Shown here: piece after piece, positions 38,676 to 46,820 of the stretch
Numbering within the stretch: the stretch's first letter is position 1
Layout: the number at the start of each line of letters is the position of its first letter
IMG/VR virus record: IMGVR_UViG_3300036820_000014
Location: 14,259-78,258 of that record
Direction: 5' to 3' (one strand)
Source of the DNA: a virus
Length of the DNA stretch: 64,000 bases
The notes under the pieces: model-generated
Told to the model about the DNA's origin: nothing
The model's database searches: none
What the model saw: only the letters and a program-made list of their open reading frames with translations
Translations under genes and position numbers: made by a program

Positions 38676-39017
38676 CGGATGCCAATCGAGTCCCCTCAGG
38701 CGCTCGCCGCCAGTTTCCAGAACCTCCTGTCGAGGCAGACCCGGCAGGTCCGGTCAGTTACGGATTCGCTCACCTGGTGCTCCCAGACGAAGATGCCGCA
38801 CTCAGTCACGACCGGGCGACCTGATCGGAGGTCGGCATCGTTGACCAGGTGGAGCATCATGGGAGCGATCTCAGTGCCCGGTGAGAGAAAGGGTCAGGCA
38901 CAAGACGCCATCCGGAGGGAGGCGCCATCTTGAGGTCCCAGAACCGCGACCAGTCGAACGGCCATCCTCCTCTTTCCCAATAGCCCAGCCACCCATCCTC
39001 GAAGCACCCGAAAGGAC

Positions 39018-39386
39018 TCATTGGCGCTCCAGCCGCCTCAGATCCTCAAGACTTACAGCCGCCGCATGGGCCAGCTCACGTGCCCGATCAGCGGTAAAGG
39101 CGTAATCGTTCAGTTGGCTCACTTCCCAGGCCACGTCGACTCTCGCCCCACAGGGATGTGTGAACCTCGCTATGACGGGGTGAGCACGGTCATTGAGGCG
39201 CACAATCACGGTTGGATCGGGTGCTGGCACGTCCCCACCGCACCCTCGACACTCCGAGAACGGAGAGCCGAGGACGACCAGCCAACGGCGGCGGATGCCT
39301 GTCATCGGATCCAGGCCGGAATGGACAGCCGCCGATAGAGCGGGGTCGATTTCTTGCACCGCCTCGGTGACCTCGGCGTACTGCAT
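39018..39386 (-). CDS. hypothetical protein
   Basis: MQYAEV...CRGCGG...HPCG. Confidence 0.5.
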   Translation of the reverse strand: MQYAEVTEAVQEIDPALSAAVHSGLDPMTGIRRRWLVVLGSPFSECRGCGGDVPAPDPTVIVRLNDRAHPVIARFTHPCGARVDVAWEVSQLNDYAFTADRARELAHAAAVSLEDLRRLERQ

Positions 39387-39391
39387 GGGTC

Positions 39392-39787
39392 TCACGATGC
39401 CCGGGCCCTGAGTTCGGCGGTCGGACCGAGGAAGACATCCTCCGGCTCGATGAACCCGTCTGCCGTCTTGAGCGGCCGGCACGACACACAATCCGTGCCT
39501 CGGTGCCAGACTCCTCGCTCCCGAATGACGAGCTGACCACCGCAATTCTGGCAATAGAAGACCCGAGGATTGGTGGGCTTGGCGGCACAATCCCCGCAGC
39601 ACTTGACCGTTTGCCAGACGCCGCCGAAAGCCGGAGCGCCCGTATCGAGGTAACGATTCCCGATAGCGATGGTCCCCCGGCACTCACCGCACCGGTGCTC
39701 CTTCTTGCGGGCGGTCCGCCAGACCACCCGCTTGCCATGCACCGATCGCCAGAAGCCTTCGACGGTCAGCGTGCTCACTGGTGGCAC
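39392..39787 (-). CDS. multi-CxxC zinc-finger protein
   Basis: ARKKEHRCGEC...I..G.RY...CCGDC...CQNC. Confidence 0.6.
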   Translation of the reverse strand: MPPVSTLTVEGFWRSVHGKRVVWRTARKKEHRCGECRGTIAIGNRYLDTGAPAFGGVWQTVKCCGDCAAKPTNPRVFYCQNCGGQLVIRERGVWHRGTDCVSCRPLKTADGFIEPEDVFLGPTAELRARAS

Positions 39788-39932
39788 CTACACCCGCCGT
39801 CCGAACAGTTCTCGGCGACCCGGTTGCAACCATCCTCGTCTTGGCGAGGACAGCCGCACCCGACGCACAGGTGGTTGCCGTAGCCGCCGAGTGGCGACTT
39901 GCTTTCGAGGTCGGGCTTCGTCTCCGGAAGGT

Positions 39933-41450
39933 TCATAGCGCCACCTCTTCTTCGGGCTTGCCCATTCCGAGAAGCTCGCGGAGAGCCCCGCAATTCGAGA
40001 CGTCCAACTCCAACTTCGCCCGGGTCACCGCGACGTACAGGAGCCGTAGCTCGCTGCTCAAGTCCTTAGGACGACCGTCAGGCCCTATGGATGGCATCAG
40101 GTCCTCGGCGAAGTCATCCGCCAGCCGTACCTTCGGGAACTCCAGGCCCTTGGCTTTGTGTGCCGTCGAGACGACCACGTCGGCCGAGGTGCGCCTGTCC
40201 ATGCGCCCGAGGGCATCAAGGATGACCTCGCACCCGAACTCCTCGACCAGCGACACCATGAGGCGCAATTCGTCACCTTGTGGGTCGATCCTGGAGTACT
40301 CGATCACTTCATCCCAAGAACGGAAACATGCCAATTCTGGGTGAGCGGTCCAGCCTCGTTCCATGAGGTCGGTCGCCGCCCTGGCAAACGATGCGACCTC
40401 GGCACCACCGCCCACCAGATAGACACCTCGGCCAGCCGCCTGCAGCCTGAGCACCGTCGTGACGGCCCCGGCGTTGGTCCTGGTAAGAATCGCCGATGGG
40501 TTCGGCATCCTTTCCACCAGCCGCGAGGACACCTCAGGGTTGCCCGAGAGCATGAACGGGGAATCGAGGCGACGCAGGAGCGTGTTGGCCACGGTGGCGA
40601 TCTCATCGCCGAAGCGGAAGGACTTGGTCAGGTAAGACCTGAGATCGGCCGGCACCCGCTCCAAGGCGTTGACCGCCCCACGCCACTCATAAATCTGCTG
40701 CTGGGAGTCACCCACGAATACAAGCTGGGTTCCCCTGGCCACCTGCTGCTCGACGATCGACAGCATGACCGGCGCGGCGTCCTGGGCCTCATCGAAGAGG
40801 ACGAAGTCTGCCGCCATCTTCGGGTCGTTCAGCTCGAACATCTTGAGGTAGTGATCGTGCTCGAACTTGAGCCGGCCGCCCGGGTCGCAGATGTCCGCCC
40901 AAGCGGCACCGAGGAACGGGGCGATGTGAGCGCGCACCGCGTTGTTGTTGTCGAACGACCGCTCGTGGGTGGTCTCGTTGGGCAGGTCGATCCCGTCGAT
41001 GTATGGCACGTGGTGGACGCCTGGGACCTTGTCGGTGGACTGGCAGAAGTTCCGGACCCCACGCATGACAAGCGAGGCCAGATAGCCCCGCTGGAGCACC
41101 TTGGACTCAGACCCATAGCGGATCACGAATTGCGTGATGCCCATCTGTCGGGCGATCTCGTCGGAACGGACCCGAGACGCACCGAGGCGGTGGCGATACC
41201 GCTGCCCGATCGCCCTCATGGCGAGAGAGTGGGCCGTCGAGGCGCGGACGTTGTCGGGGCAGCGACGTCCGAAGTCATCGACGATCGCCCGGTTGAACGC
41301 GACGTACTGGCCATGCCCTCTCGGTGCCGACTCGGCGCACATGATGAGTGTCGATGTCTTGCCCGTTCCGGCTCCCGCTTCGATCGCGAGACCCATCCCG
41401 GTTCCGAACGCCTCGACCGCCGCTACTTGCTCATCGGTTGGCTTGGGCAT
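39933..41450 (-). CDS. UvrD/REP-family (SF1) helicase
   Basis: AGAGTGKT, DEAQD, VGDSQQQIY.WRGA, SFRFG, TAHKAKGLEF, LLYVAVTRAK. Confidence 0.92.
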   Translation of the reverse strand: MPKPTDEQVAAVEAFGTGMGLAIEAGAGTGKTSTLIMCAESAPRGHGQYVAFNRAIVDDFGRRCPDNVRASTAHSLAMRAIGQRYRHRLGASRVRSDEIARQMGITQFVIRYGSESKVLQRGYLASLVMRGVRNFCQSTDKVPGVHHVPYIDGIDLPNETTHERSFDNNNAVRAHIAPFLGAAWADICDPGGRLKFEHDHYLKMFELNDPKMAADFVLFDEAQDAAPVMLSIVEQQVARGTQLVFVGDSQQQIYEWRGAVNALERVPADLRSYLTKSFRFGDEIATVANTLLRRLDSPFMLSGNPEVSSRLVERMPNPSAILTRTNAGAVTTVLRLQAAGRGVYLVGGGAEVASFARAATDLMERGWTAHPELACFRSWDEVIEYSRIDPQGDELRLMVSLVEEFGCEVILDALGRMDRRTSADVVVSTAHKAKGLEFPKVRLADDFAEDLMPSIGPDGRPKDLSSELRLLYVAVTRAKLELDVSNCGALRELLGMGKPEEEVAL

Positions 41451-41451
41451 G

Positions 41452-41997
41452 TCACTCGTCTGTCGTCGGGATAAGGCTATCTACAGGCTCCATCGGGACA
41501 ACGTGATAGACGTACGCACCGCATCGCTCACAAAGGGTGCGCGTGCCGAACGGCCGCAGGCACGAGGAGCACTCGCGAACCCATGAGATCGGCTTGCCGT
41601 TGATCTCGGTGACACTCTCGGCCAGGTACACCTTGTTTTGGTTCTCGACTATGCCGAAGGCCAGGTCTCCGTCGTAGTCGCAGAGGGCGTCGACCGTTCC
41701 TTCGATGACCTGAGCCACGCCATCCCAGAACCGCATGCTCACGCGGTAACCGGGCTTGAGGACGGCGTCAGCATCAGGTACCACCCAGAGGCCGAACCGC
41801 TCGCGGGCGCACGCACCGTGTAACCACTGGCCTCGGTATAGAGCCGGGATCTCATCGAGCGCACCATCGGGATCGGACTTGATGTCATCGCCGCATAGTT
41901 GGCACATCTCGAAGTCGGGGGCGTCGTCAGCGGAGTCGTAGGTTTCGCCGTTCCTATCCACTTGGTCGGTTCCTTTCATTTGGGTTGGAGCTTTCAC
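41452..41997 (-). CDS. hypothetical protein
   Basis: Zinc-finger motifs; likely start ~41961 after the GAAAGGA RBS. Confidence 0.6.
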   Translation of the reverse strand: MKAPTQMKGTDQVDRNGETYDSADDAPDFEMCQLCGDDIKSDPDGALDEIPALYRGQWLHGACARERFGLWVVPDADAVLKPGYRVSMRFWDGVAQVIEGTVDALCDYDGDLAFGIVENQNKVYLAESVTEINGKPISWVRECSSCLRPFGTRTLCERCGAYVYHVVPMEPVDSLIPTTDE

Positions 41998-42005
41998 TGG
42001 TCACA

Positions 42006-42022
42006 CTATAACCGAGTTTTAG
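42006..42022. promoter_or_regulatory. 17-bp operator copy 5 between divergent genes
   Basis: CTATAA-CCGAG-TTTTAG. Confidence 0.7.
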
Positions 42023-42040
42023 CCGCTATGCTCTCGGATC

Positions 42041-42328
42041 ATGCCCACAGCCACTCAGCCCACGGCGTCCACAGAATCCCCAGAGGATGTCGATGGGGTG
42101 CTCGCCAGCCTTGAGAGTGCCCGTCTGTGCGTCGAGAACTCGAAGATCGCCTTCGATGAGGCCCGGTACGTGGCAGTGACCACCCTGGAGGCGACCGGCT
42201 GGACCCGAGAGAAGATCGGCGAGGCTCTGGGGTGCTCGCCCATGAGGGTCCGCCAGCTCGCGGGGTCTAGGAAGGACGGCGGTCCGAAGGGTCCGCCGAG
42301 AGGCCGATGGGCTCCCAGGACGACCTAG
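42041..42328 (+). CDS. HTH protein, candidate repressor
   Basis: GWTREKIGEALGCSPMRVRQL; divergent from operator copy 5. Confidence 0.7.
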   Translation: MPTATQPTASTESPEDVDGVLASLESARLCVENSKIAFDEARYVAVTTLEATGWTREKIGEALGCSPMRVRQLAGSRKDGGPKGPPRGRWAPRTT

Positions 42329-42537
42329 GCGAGACCGAGGTCCGGCGCCTGGGCCGATCTGGTGATCGTCATGCCCGCATCGCCACCTGTGCCCGCTTGC
42401 CGAAGGACGTCCACGAGGCGCTCAGGATCGCCGCCGAGGACCGCGGGGTCTCGATGAATTGGCTGATCTGTCGGGCCGTCGCCGAGTATCTGGACCGCCT
42501 GGTCCCGGTCGAAGAGATGCTCCTAACCCGGGACTGA
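42307..42537 (+). CDS. ribbon-helix-helix (Arc/HicB-like) protein
   Basis: RLPKDVHEALRIAAEDRGVSMNWLI.RAV.EYL. Confidence 0.8.
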   Translation: MGSQDDLGETEVRRLGRSGDRHARIATCARLPKDVHEALRIAAEDRGVSMNWLICRAVAEYLDRLVPVEEMLLTRD

Positions 42538-42560
42538 GGTCCGAGAACCGGGGATCCCGG

Positions 42561-43862
42561 TTAGTTCGGCAGGGCCGGTACCGCCGGCGGGACGATGGCC
42601 GGGAGTTGGCTCGGACACGCTGCATCGAAGGCGACACCCGTAGGTGTCTTGTTCCCGCAAGCGAGTGACGAGGACTTCCCCAGCGTCGCGAAGGGATAAC
42701 CCGTGCCACCGATCGAGGGCAACGGATCGGTGTTGCCCATCACCAGCACGTCCACCGTATTTAGGACGTTCACAGGTGACCGGTTAGGCCACGTGCTCGA
42801 GGCCGTCGATGTGTTGCCCGAGATCAGGACGTTGGCGTTCGCCGAACCGCCGAAGTTGTGAGGTGCCACGAAGATCCGGATCTGGGCACCAGTGACGAGC
42901 TGGAGGTCCGTGATGGCCACCCGCTGGAGCTCGGTACCGGTATACGCAGCGAACAGGTAGCCGTAGTTCTGACCGATGATCTTGTCGTGGGTGATGTCGA
43001 TATCCGTGTCGATTGCCGCCGCATAAGTGACGTCGGTCTCGTCATCGAACATGGTCAGTCCGGCACCTTGGAAGGTGTCCTGGCTGATGAGCACGCGGTG
43101 GGCACCGTTCGTCTCGGAGATCCCCATCCGGCCGGCGTAGGAGAACCTCGAGTGCTCGATCGTGACGTCCGTGCTCGGCATCCCACCACCACCGCCGGGA
43201 GCCTCGTGTAGCCCCGAGATGGTTACGAAGTCGCCCCATGGACCGTGCTCGGTGTCGTCCAAAAGGAGGACGCGCTGAGCCCCGTCGATCGAGATGAAGG
43301 AGTCCGGCTGAAGCGCCGGGGTATCGCCTGACTTAGACGAGTGCGAGCCGGTGATTGTGAGGTCTTTGATGGTGAGGTCACACCCGCCATCGAGCGTGAG
43401 TAGCTCGACCTGAGACGTGATGCCCGAATAGAGATCGTTCATATATGCCGTCGAGCCGCAGTACGGAGCGACAGACGGGTTGTCACGGCCACCAACCACC
43501 GTGTCGGGGACGGTCGTCGAGGTCTCTCGAATCGTCGCTCCGTTGCCGTCCAGGTCGATATTCCTGGCTCCTCGCCACCACCAGGAGCCGTTGACCAGGT
43601 AGCAGGCACCCTTCTTGAGTTTGGCGATGGAGTCGTGGCCCGGCGTTCCATCCCGGACGCTCATCAACCATGCTCCGAGACTGGCCGTGTCATCGACCTT
43701 GCAGGTGGTGTCGATCGTCTTAGGTGGGGTGAAAGTGGTCGGTGCCTTGATGGTCACTTTCGGCTTCGGTGCCGGCGAGCTGACGGCTAAGCCGATCCCG
43801 ACACCAGCACCGGCCAAGACTACGGCGAGGGCTCCAATAAGTAGCTTGCGGCGGCGAGTCAC
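42561..43862 (-). CDS. membrane-anchored right-handed beta-helix (pectin-lyase-like) protein
   Basis: RRRKLL+TM; LDGNGATI, WGDFVTI, GRMGIS parallel beta-helix motifs. Confidence 0.7.
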   Translation of the reverse strand: MTRRRKLLIGALAVVLAGAGVGIGLAVSSPAPKPKVTIKAPTTFTPPKTIDTTCKVDDTASLGAWLMSVRDGTPGHDSIAKLKKGACYLVNGSWWWRGARNIDLDGNGATIRETSTTVPDTVVGGRDNPSVAPYCGSTAYMNDLYSGITSQVELLTLDGGCDLTIKDLTITGSHSSKSGDTPALQPDSFISIDGAQRVLLLDDTEHGPWGDFVTISGLHEAPGGGGGMPSTDVTIEHSRFSYAGRMGISETNGAHRVLISQDTFQGAGLTMFDDETDVTYAAAIDTDIDITHDKIIGQNYGYLFAAYTGTELQRVAITDLQLVTGAQIRIFVAPHNFGGSANANVLISGNTSTASSTWPNRSPVNVLNTVDVLVMGNTDPLPSIGGTGYPFATLGKSSSLACGNKTPTGVAFDAACPSQLPAIVPPAVPALPN

Positions 43863-43872
43863 CCGCGCGGGT

Positions 43873-44478
43873 TTACCAGCCGAGGTCGACCATGGTAGCG
43901 ATACTGGCTAGACCTCCGGCGGGGCCCTTCGAGCGGCTCTCTCCGACCAGTGCTCGCCCGTAGCCAGGGCTCTGGATCGGCGGGTCCAGCGTTACACCGC
44001 CGAGCGAGTACGCGAGGAGAGCCGAACGCACTATGAAATGGTCGCGCCAGAGCCCGTGACGGGCTGCGATGACCTCGTCCGGATCGGCGTACTTGCCTGT
44101 CTCACCACCTCGGATCGTTGGCCACGGGTGCACAACGTCAACGACGAAGGTAGTGACCCGCAGAGCGACCTTTCCGAACTCTCCACTCACATCCTGGAAC
44201 TGCTGCTGGCCAGCTCGCCCAGGAAGCAGCGTTGGCATCGCGACGATCAGCTGCTTACCTCCGCCGATCCACCATGGTGCCGCTTCTGAGTGCACTACCT
44301 GGCGACGCGCGTATTCGTCTCCTCGTTGGAAGTAATCGAGAGACTGCCCGGCGATCGCCAGAAGCCCTTCTCCCATGAGCGAGAGAAGCTGCTGGTTCGG
44401 GATCCACTGAGGGGCGGGAGGGAAGCTGACCGTGAACGGTTGCATCCCCTCCGGAGGCAGGTCGAAGTCATCGCTCAT
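43873..44478 (-). CDS. tail terminator-like protein
   Basis: C-terminal GPAGG motif; position after the head-tail adaptor. Confidence 0.55.
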   Translation of the reverse strand: MSDDFDLPPEGMQPFTVSFPPAPQWIPNQQLLSLMGEGLLAIAGQSLDYFQRGDEYARRQVVHSEAAPWWIGGGKQLIVAMPTLLPGRAGQQQFQDVSGEFGKVALRVTTFVVDVVHPWPTIRGGETGKYADPDEVIAARHGLWRDHFIVRSALLAYSLGGVTLDPPIQSPGYGRALVGESRSKGPAGGLASIATMVDLGW

Positions 44479-44617
44479 GCGTCGGAGTCCTCAAGGGTGC
44501 AGAACACCTGGAGCCACATCTCCTCCCAATATCGAGCGACCGGGTCATCTCGGCTCACGCCGTCGTCAATGATGTCGTGCTCGTTGTTGCGGATCTTGCG
44601 ACGTCGACGACGACGTA

Positions 44618-45472
44618 TCACTGGCCGTATGGCATCGAACGGCCCTGGACCGAGTTCGGAGCAAGGAACGACGCTCGCCGGCGTAGCCCGTTGGGATTCT
44701 TCGCCTTCAGGAAGGCCGCGCACCAAGGGAGCGGGATGATGTTGTCGCGCAGGTGCGCGATCGAGTCGGCCACCTGGACGCTCACGCCCTCGGATGCCAT
44801 CGACACGACCCGGTTGGAAAGCACCGACAGGTCGCTTCCTGAGAACGACAGGGCCAACTCGATGGTCAACTCGACGCAGGCCGCCCACCCGGATGCCGGG
44901 ACCGGTCGGCCCCACTCGTAGTCGATCAGCCAGGTCCCCGGATAGCTGAGCGGAAGCTGAAGTTGCTGCTCCCACGGCCACGCTGACGCGCCCTGGGAGG
45001 CGGGGTTGATGTTGCGGACCAGGCGTCTTCGGTCGTAGAGGGTGTAGTCGGCACCCTCTACGAGCTCGACGCCGTTCACAAGCACCTGGTTGATCCGGGT
45101 GACCGGTCCCTGGAGGACGACCTCTGCGAGGTCCTGGCCGTTGTTCCACCAACCCATCCCCGGTGCCGTCCAGGCCCAGCCGGCAGCGAAGCCCCACGCC
45201 GAGCCGTAGCCCGACATCGATGAGTAGGGATAGAGGAAGCTCTGGTTGGCGTATGACGAGTTGATTGTGGTCGGCCGAATCCGAGAGCGCCCAGTGCGGT
45301 ACTGGCGGCCGCTGAAGCAGTAGAGCAGGTCAGTGGCCACGCCGATCATCCGCCCGATGTCGATGTCTTGGACCTTGGCTAGCCGTCTCGTCGGGATGTC
45401 GTCCTCGTTGCACCATGGCGAGAGCCACGTCTCGGCTGCTGGCGCTACTGTGGCGATGGCTGGGGCACCCAT
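44618..45472 (-). CDS. head-to-tail adaptor
   Basis: ATDLLY.FSGRQY, L.GPV..I..V..NG, WP..Q.L, YEWG.PVP..G..A..EL. Confidence 0.8.
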   Translation of the reverse strand: MGAPAIATVAPAAETWLSPWCNEDDIPTRRLAKVQDIDIGRMIGVATDLLYCFSGRQYRTGRSRIRPTTINSSYANQSFLYPYSSMSGYGSAWGFAAGWAWTAPGMGWWNNGQDLAEVVLQGPVTRINQVLVNGVELVEGADYTLYDRRRLVRNINPASQGASAWPWEQQLQLPLSYPGTWLIDYEWGRPVPASGWAACVELTIELALSFSGSDLSVLSNRVVSMASEGVSVQVADSIAHLRDNIIPLPWCAAFLKAKNPNGLRRRASFLAPNSVQGRSMPYGQ

Positions 45473-46113
45473 CAGGAGGCCTGCTCGTAGGTGATCCCGG
45501 TGTCTGAGGGGAAGGTGATCGTGCCGGCTCCGGTCAAGACGATCGTGCCGTCCGGTTGGGCAACGAACTGGCCCGAGCTCGATGGCGTAATCGGATCCCC
45601 ACCCTCTGTCGCTGAGATGTTGACAAGGTCGGCACTCACGACCGTGACCACCCAATACTGAGTATCTGTCGTGAACCCCGTCGGGATCCCTGTGTTCGAG
45701 AGAGCAGGATCTTCGTAAAGCCGGATCACGTCGTTCACGCTGAGGCCGTGTGCGGGAATGATGATGTCGTCATCGGTGCCGACGGCGCAGCACCCCATCG
45801 GTTGACCGGCCAAAGGCCAGCCTGCGAGGAAGGTGCCACCCGTCTGAGCTGTCCAGAAGCCGACCCAGGGGATCGTCTCCGCTCCAGCGACATCGATCGA
45901 GAGATCGCCCGAATTGTTCTCGGTGCCGTCCGTGCCACTGAAGGTGATCTGTTGGCGACCATCTGCTCCAGTGCCGCTCGTTATCTCGTTCGCGCCCGTT
46001 CCACCCGGACTCCCTGAGTGAAGCGACAGCCAGACCTCAGAGATGTCATAGCTGGTGTTCTCACAAAGCGCCTGAGCGAGCCCCTGTAGTTGTGCAGTGG
46101 TCAGCCCCATCAA
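45472..46113 (-). CDS. virion structural protein with FCCH-like inserted domain
   Basis: WLSLHSG.PG..GANE...RQ.ITF, GFW.A.TGG.FL; insert AHGL.VND.I..TQYWV. Confidence 0.65.
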   Translation of the reverse strand: MMGLTTAQLQGLAQALCENTSYDISEVWLSLHSGSPGGTGANEITSGTGADGRQQITFSGTDGTENNSGDLSIDVAGAETIPWVGFWTAQTGGTFLAGWPLAGQPMGCCAVGTDDDIIIPAHGLSVNDVIRLYEDPALSNTGIPTGFTTDTQYWVVTVVSADLVNISATEGGDPITPSSSGQFVAQPDGTIVLTGAGTITFPSDTGITYEQAS

Positions 46114-46126
46114 AATCCCCTATCCG

Positions 46127-46624
46127 TCACTCGCTTGATGATAAGGCTCCGACCATGAACCATCCGGGACATTGAGGGTCGGCCATGAGTTCAACGACGG
46201 TGAGCCCCACCTCGCTTGCGAGCGACCGGAGCGCACCCGCTGAGAATCGCCAGTAATCCGGCGGATTGTGCACCGGGAACGCTCCCCTCTGAGCGTCGTA
46301 TCCGCGACAGGTGAGTATGAGCGTGCCGTTGTATCGCAGGAGTCGAGCGATCTCCTTGAACGTTTCCCATGGTCGAGGATCGTGCTCGAGCATCTCGGTC
46401 GTCACCACGACATCAAATGATCCGGTGGAGAACGGGATGATGCCCGGCTCAACGACGAAGTCGACCCCTGGTCCTTGGGCTAGATCGACCCCCATGTAGT
46501 CGCCGGTAAAGAAGCGTCTTATCGACCCGTTTACGTCTGCCGACCCGATCTCTAATACCGACCGATGTGACAAGGAAAACTGATCGACCTTTCTTTCCAC
46601 CCACTCCATGACCGATTCATGCAC
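46127..46624 (-). CDS. class I SAM-dependent methyltransferase (type 11-like)
   Basis: VLEIGSADVNG, GVDLAQGPGVD, FDVVVTTEMLEH, H..PDYWRF. Confidence 0.85.
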   Translation of the reverse strand: MHESVMEWVERKVDQFSLSHRSVLEIGSADVNGSIRRFFTGDYMGVDLAQGPGVDFVVEPGIIPFSTGSFDVVVTTEMLEHDPRPWETFKEIARLLRYNGTLILTCRGYDAQRGAFPVHNPPDYWRFSAGALRSLASEVGLTVVELMADPQCPGWFMVGALSSSE

Positions 46625-46820
46625 GGGCTCGGCGTTGGACAGAGCCGGTCATCCCCCGGCTGTCCTCCATCACGCCGCCAGCTTGTCGAAGACCATTTCA
46701 CCATCGACTACCAGGCTGAGGTCTCCGTCGACGCCGACGAAGGCTGTCCAGTTGCACTCATCGGGACTGATCCAACCCTGGTAACGATCCGCTGGCCATT
46801 GACAGCCCGGATTGGACTCC

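Noticed and set aside
40158-41474. 438-aa plus-strand ORF and many similar long antisense ORFs (e.g. 192-890, 1851-2711, 11595-12419, 62204-62950)
   Set aside because: Shadow ORFs opposite well-supported genes in high-GC DNA; no recognisable motifs.
42041-42537. HicAB toxin-antitoxin pair
   Set aside because: The RHH is HicB-like, but the partner is an HTH protein with no HicA/RNase motif.
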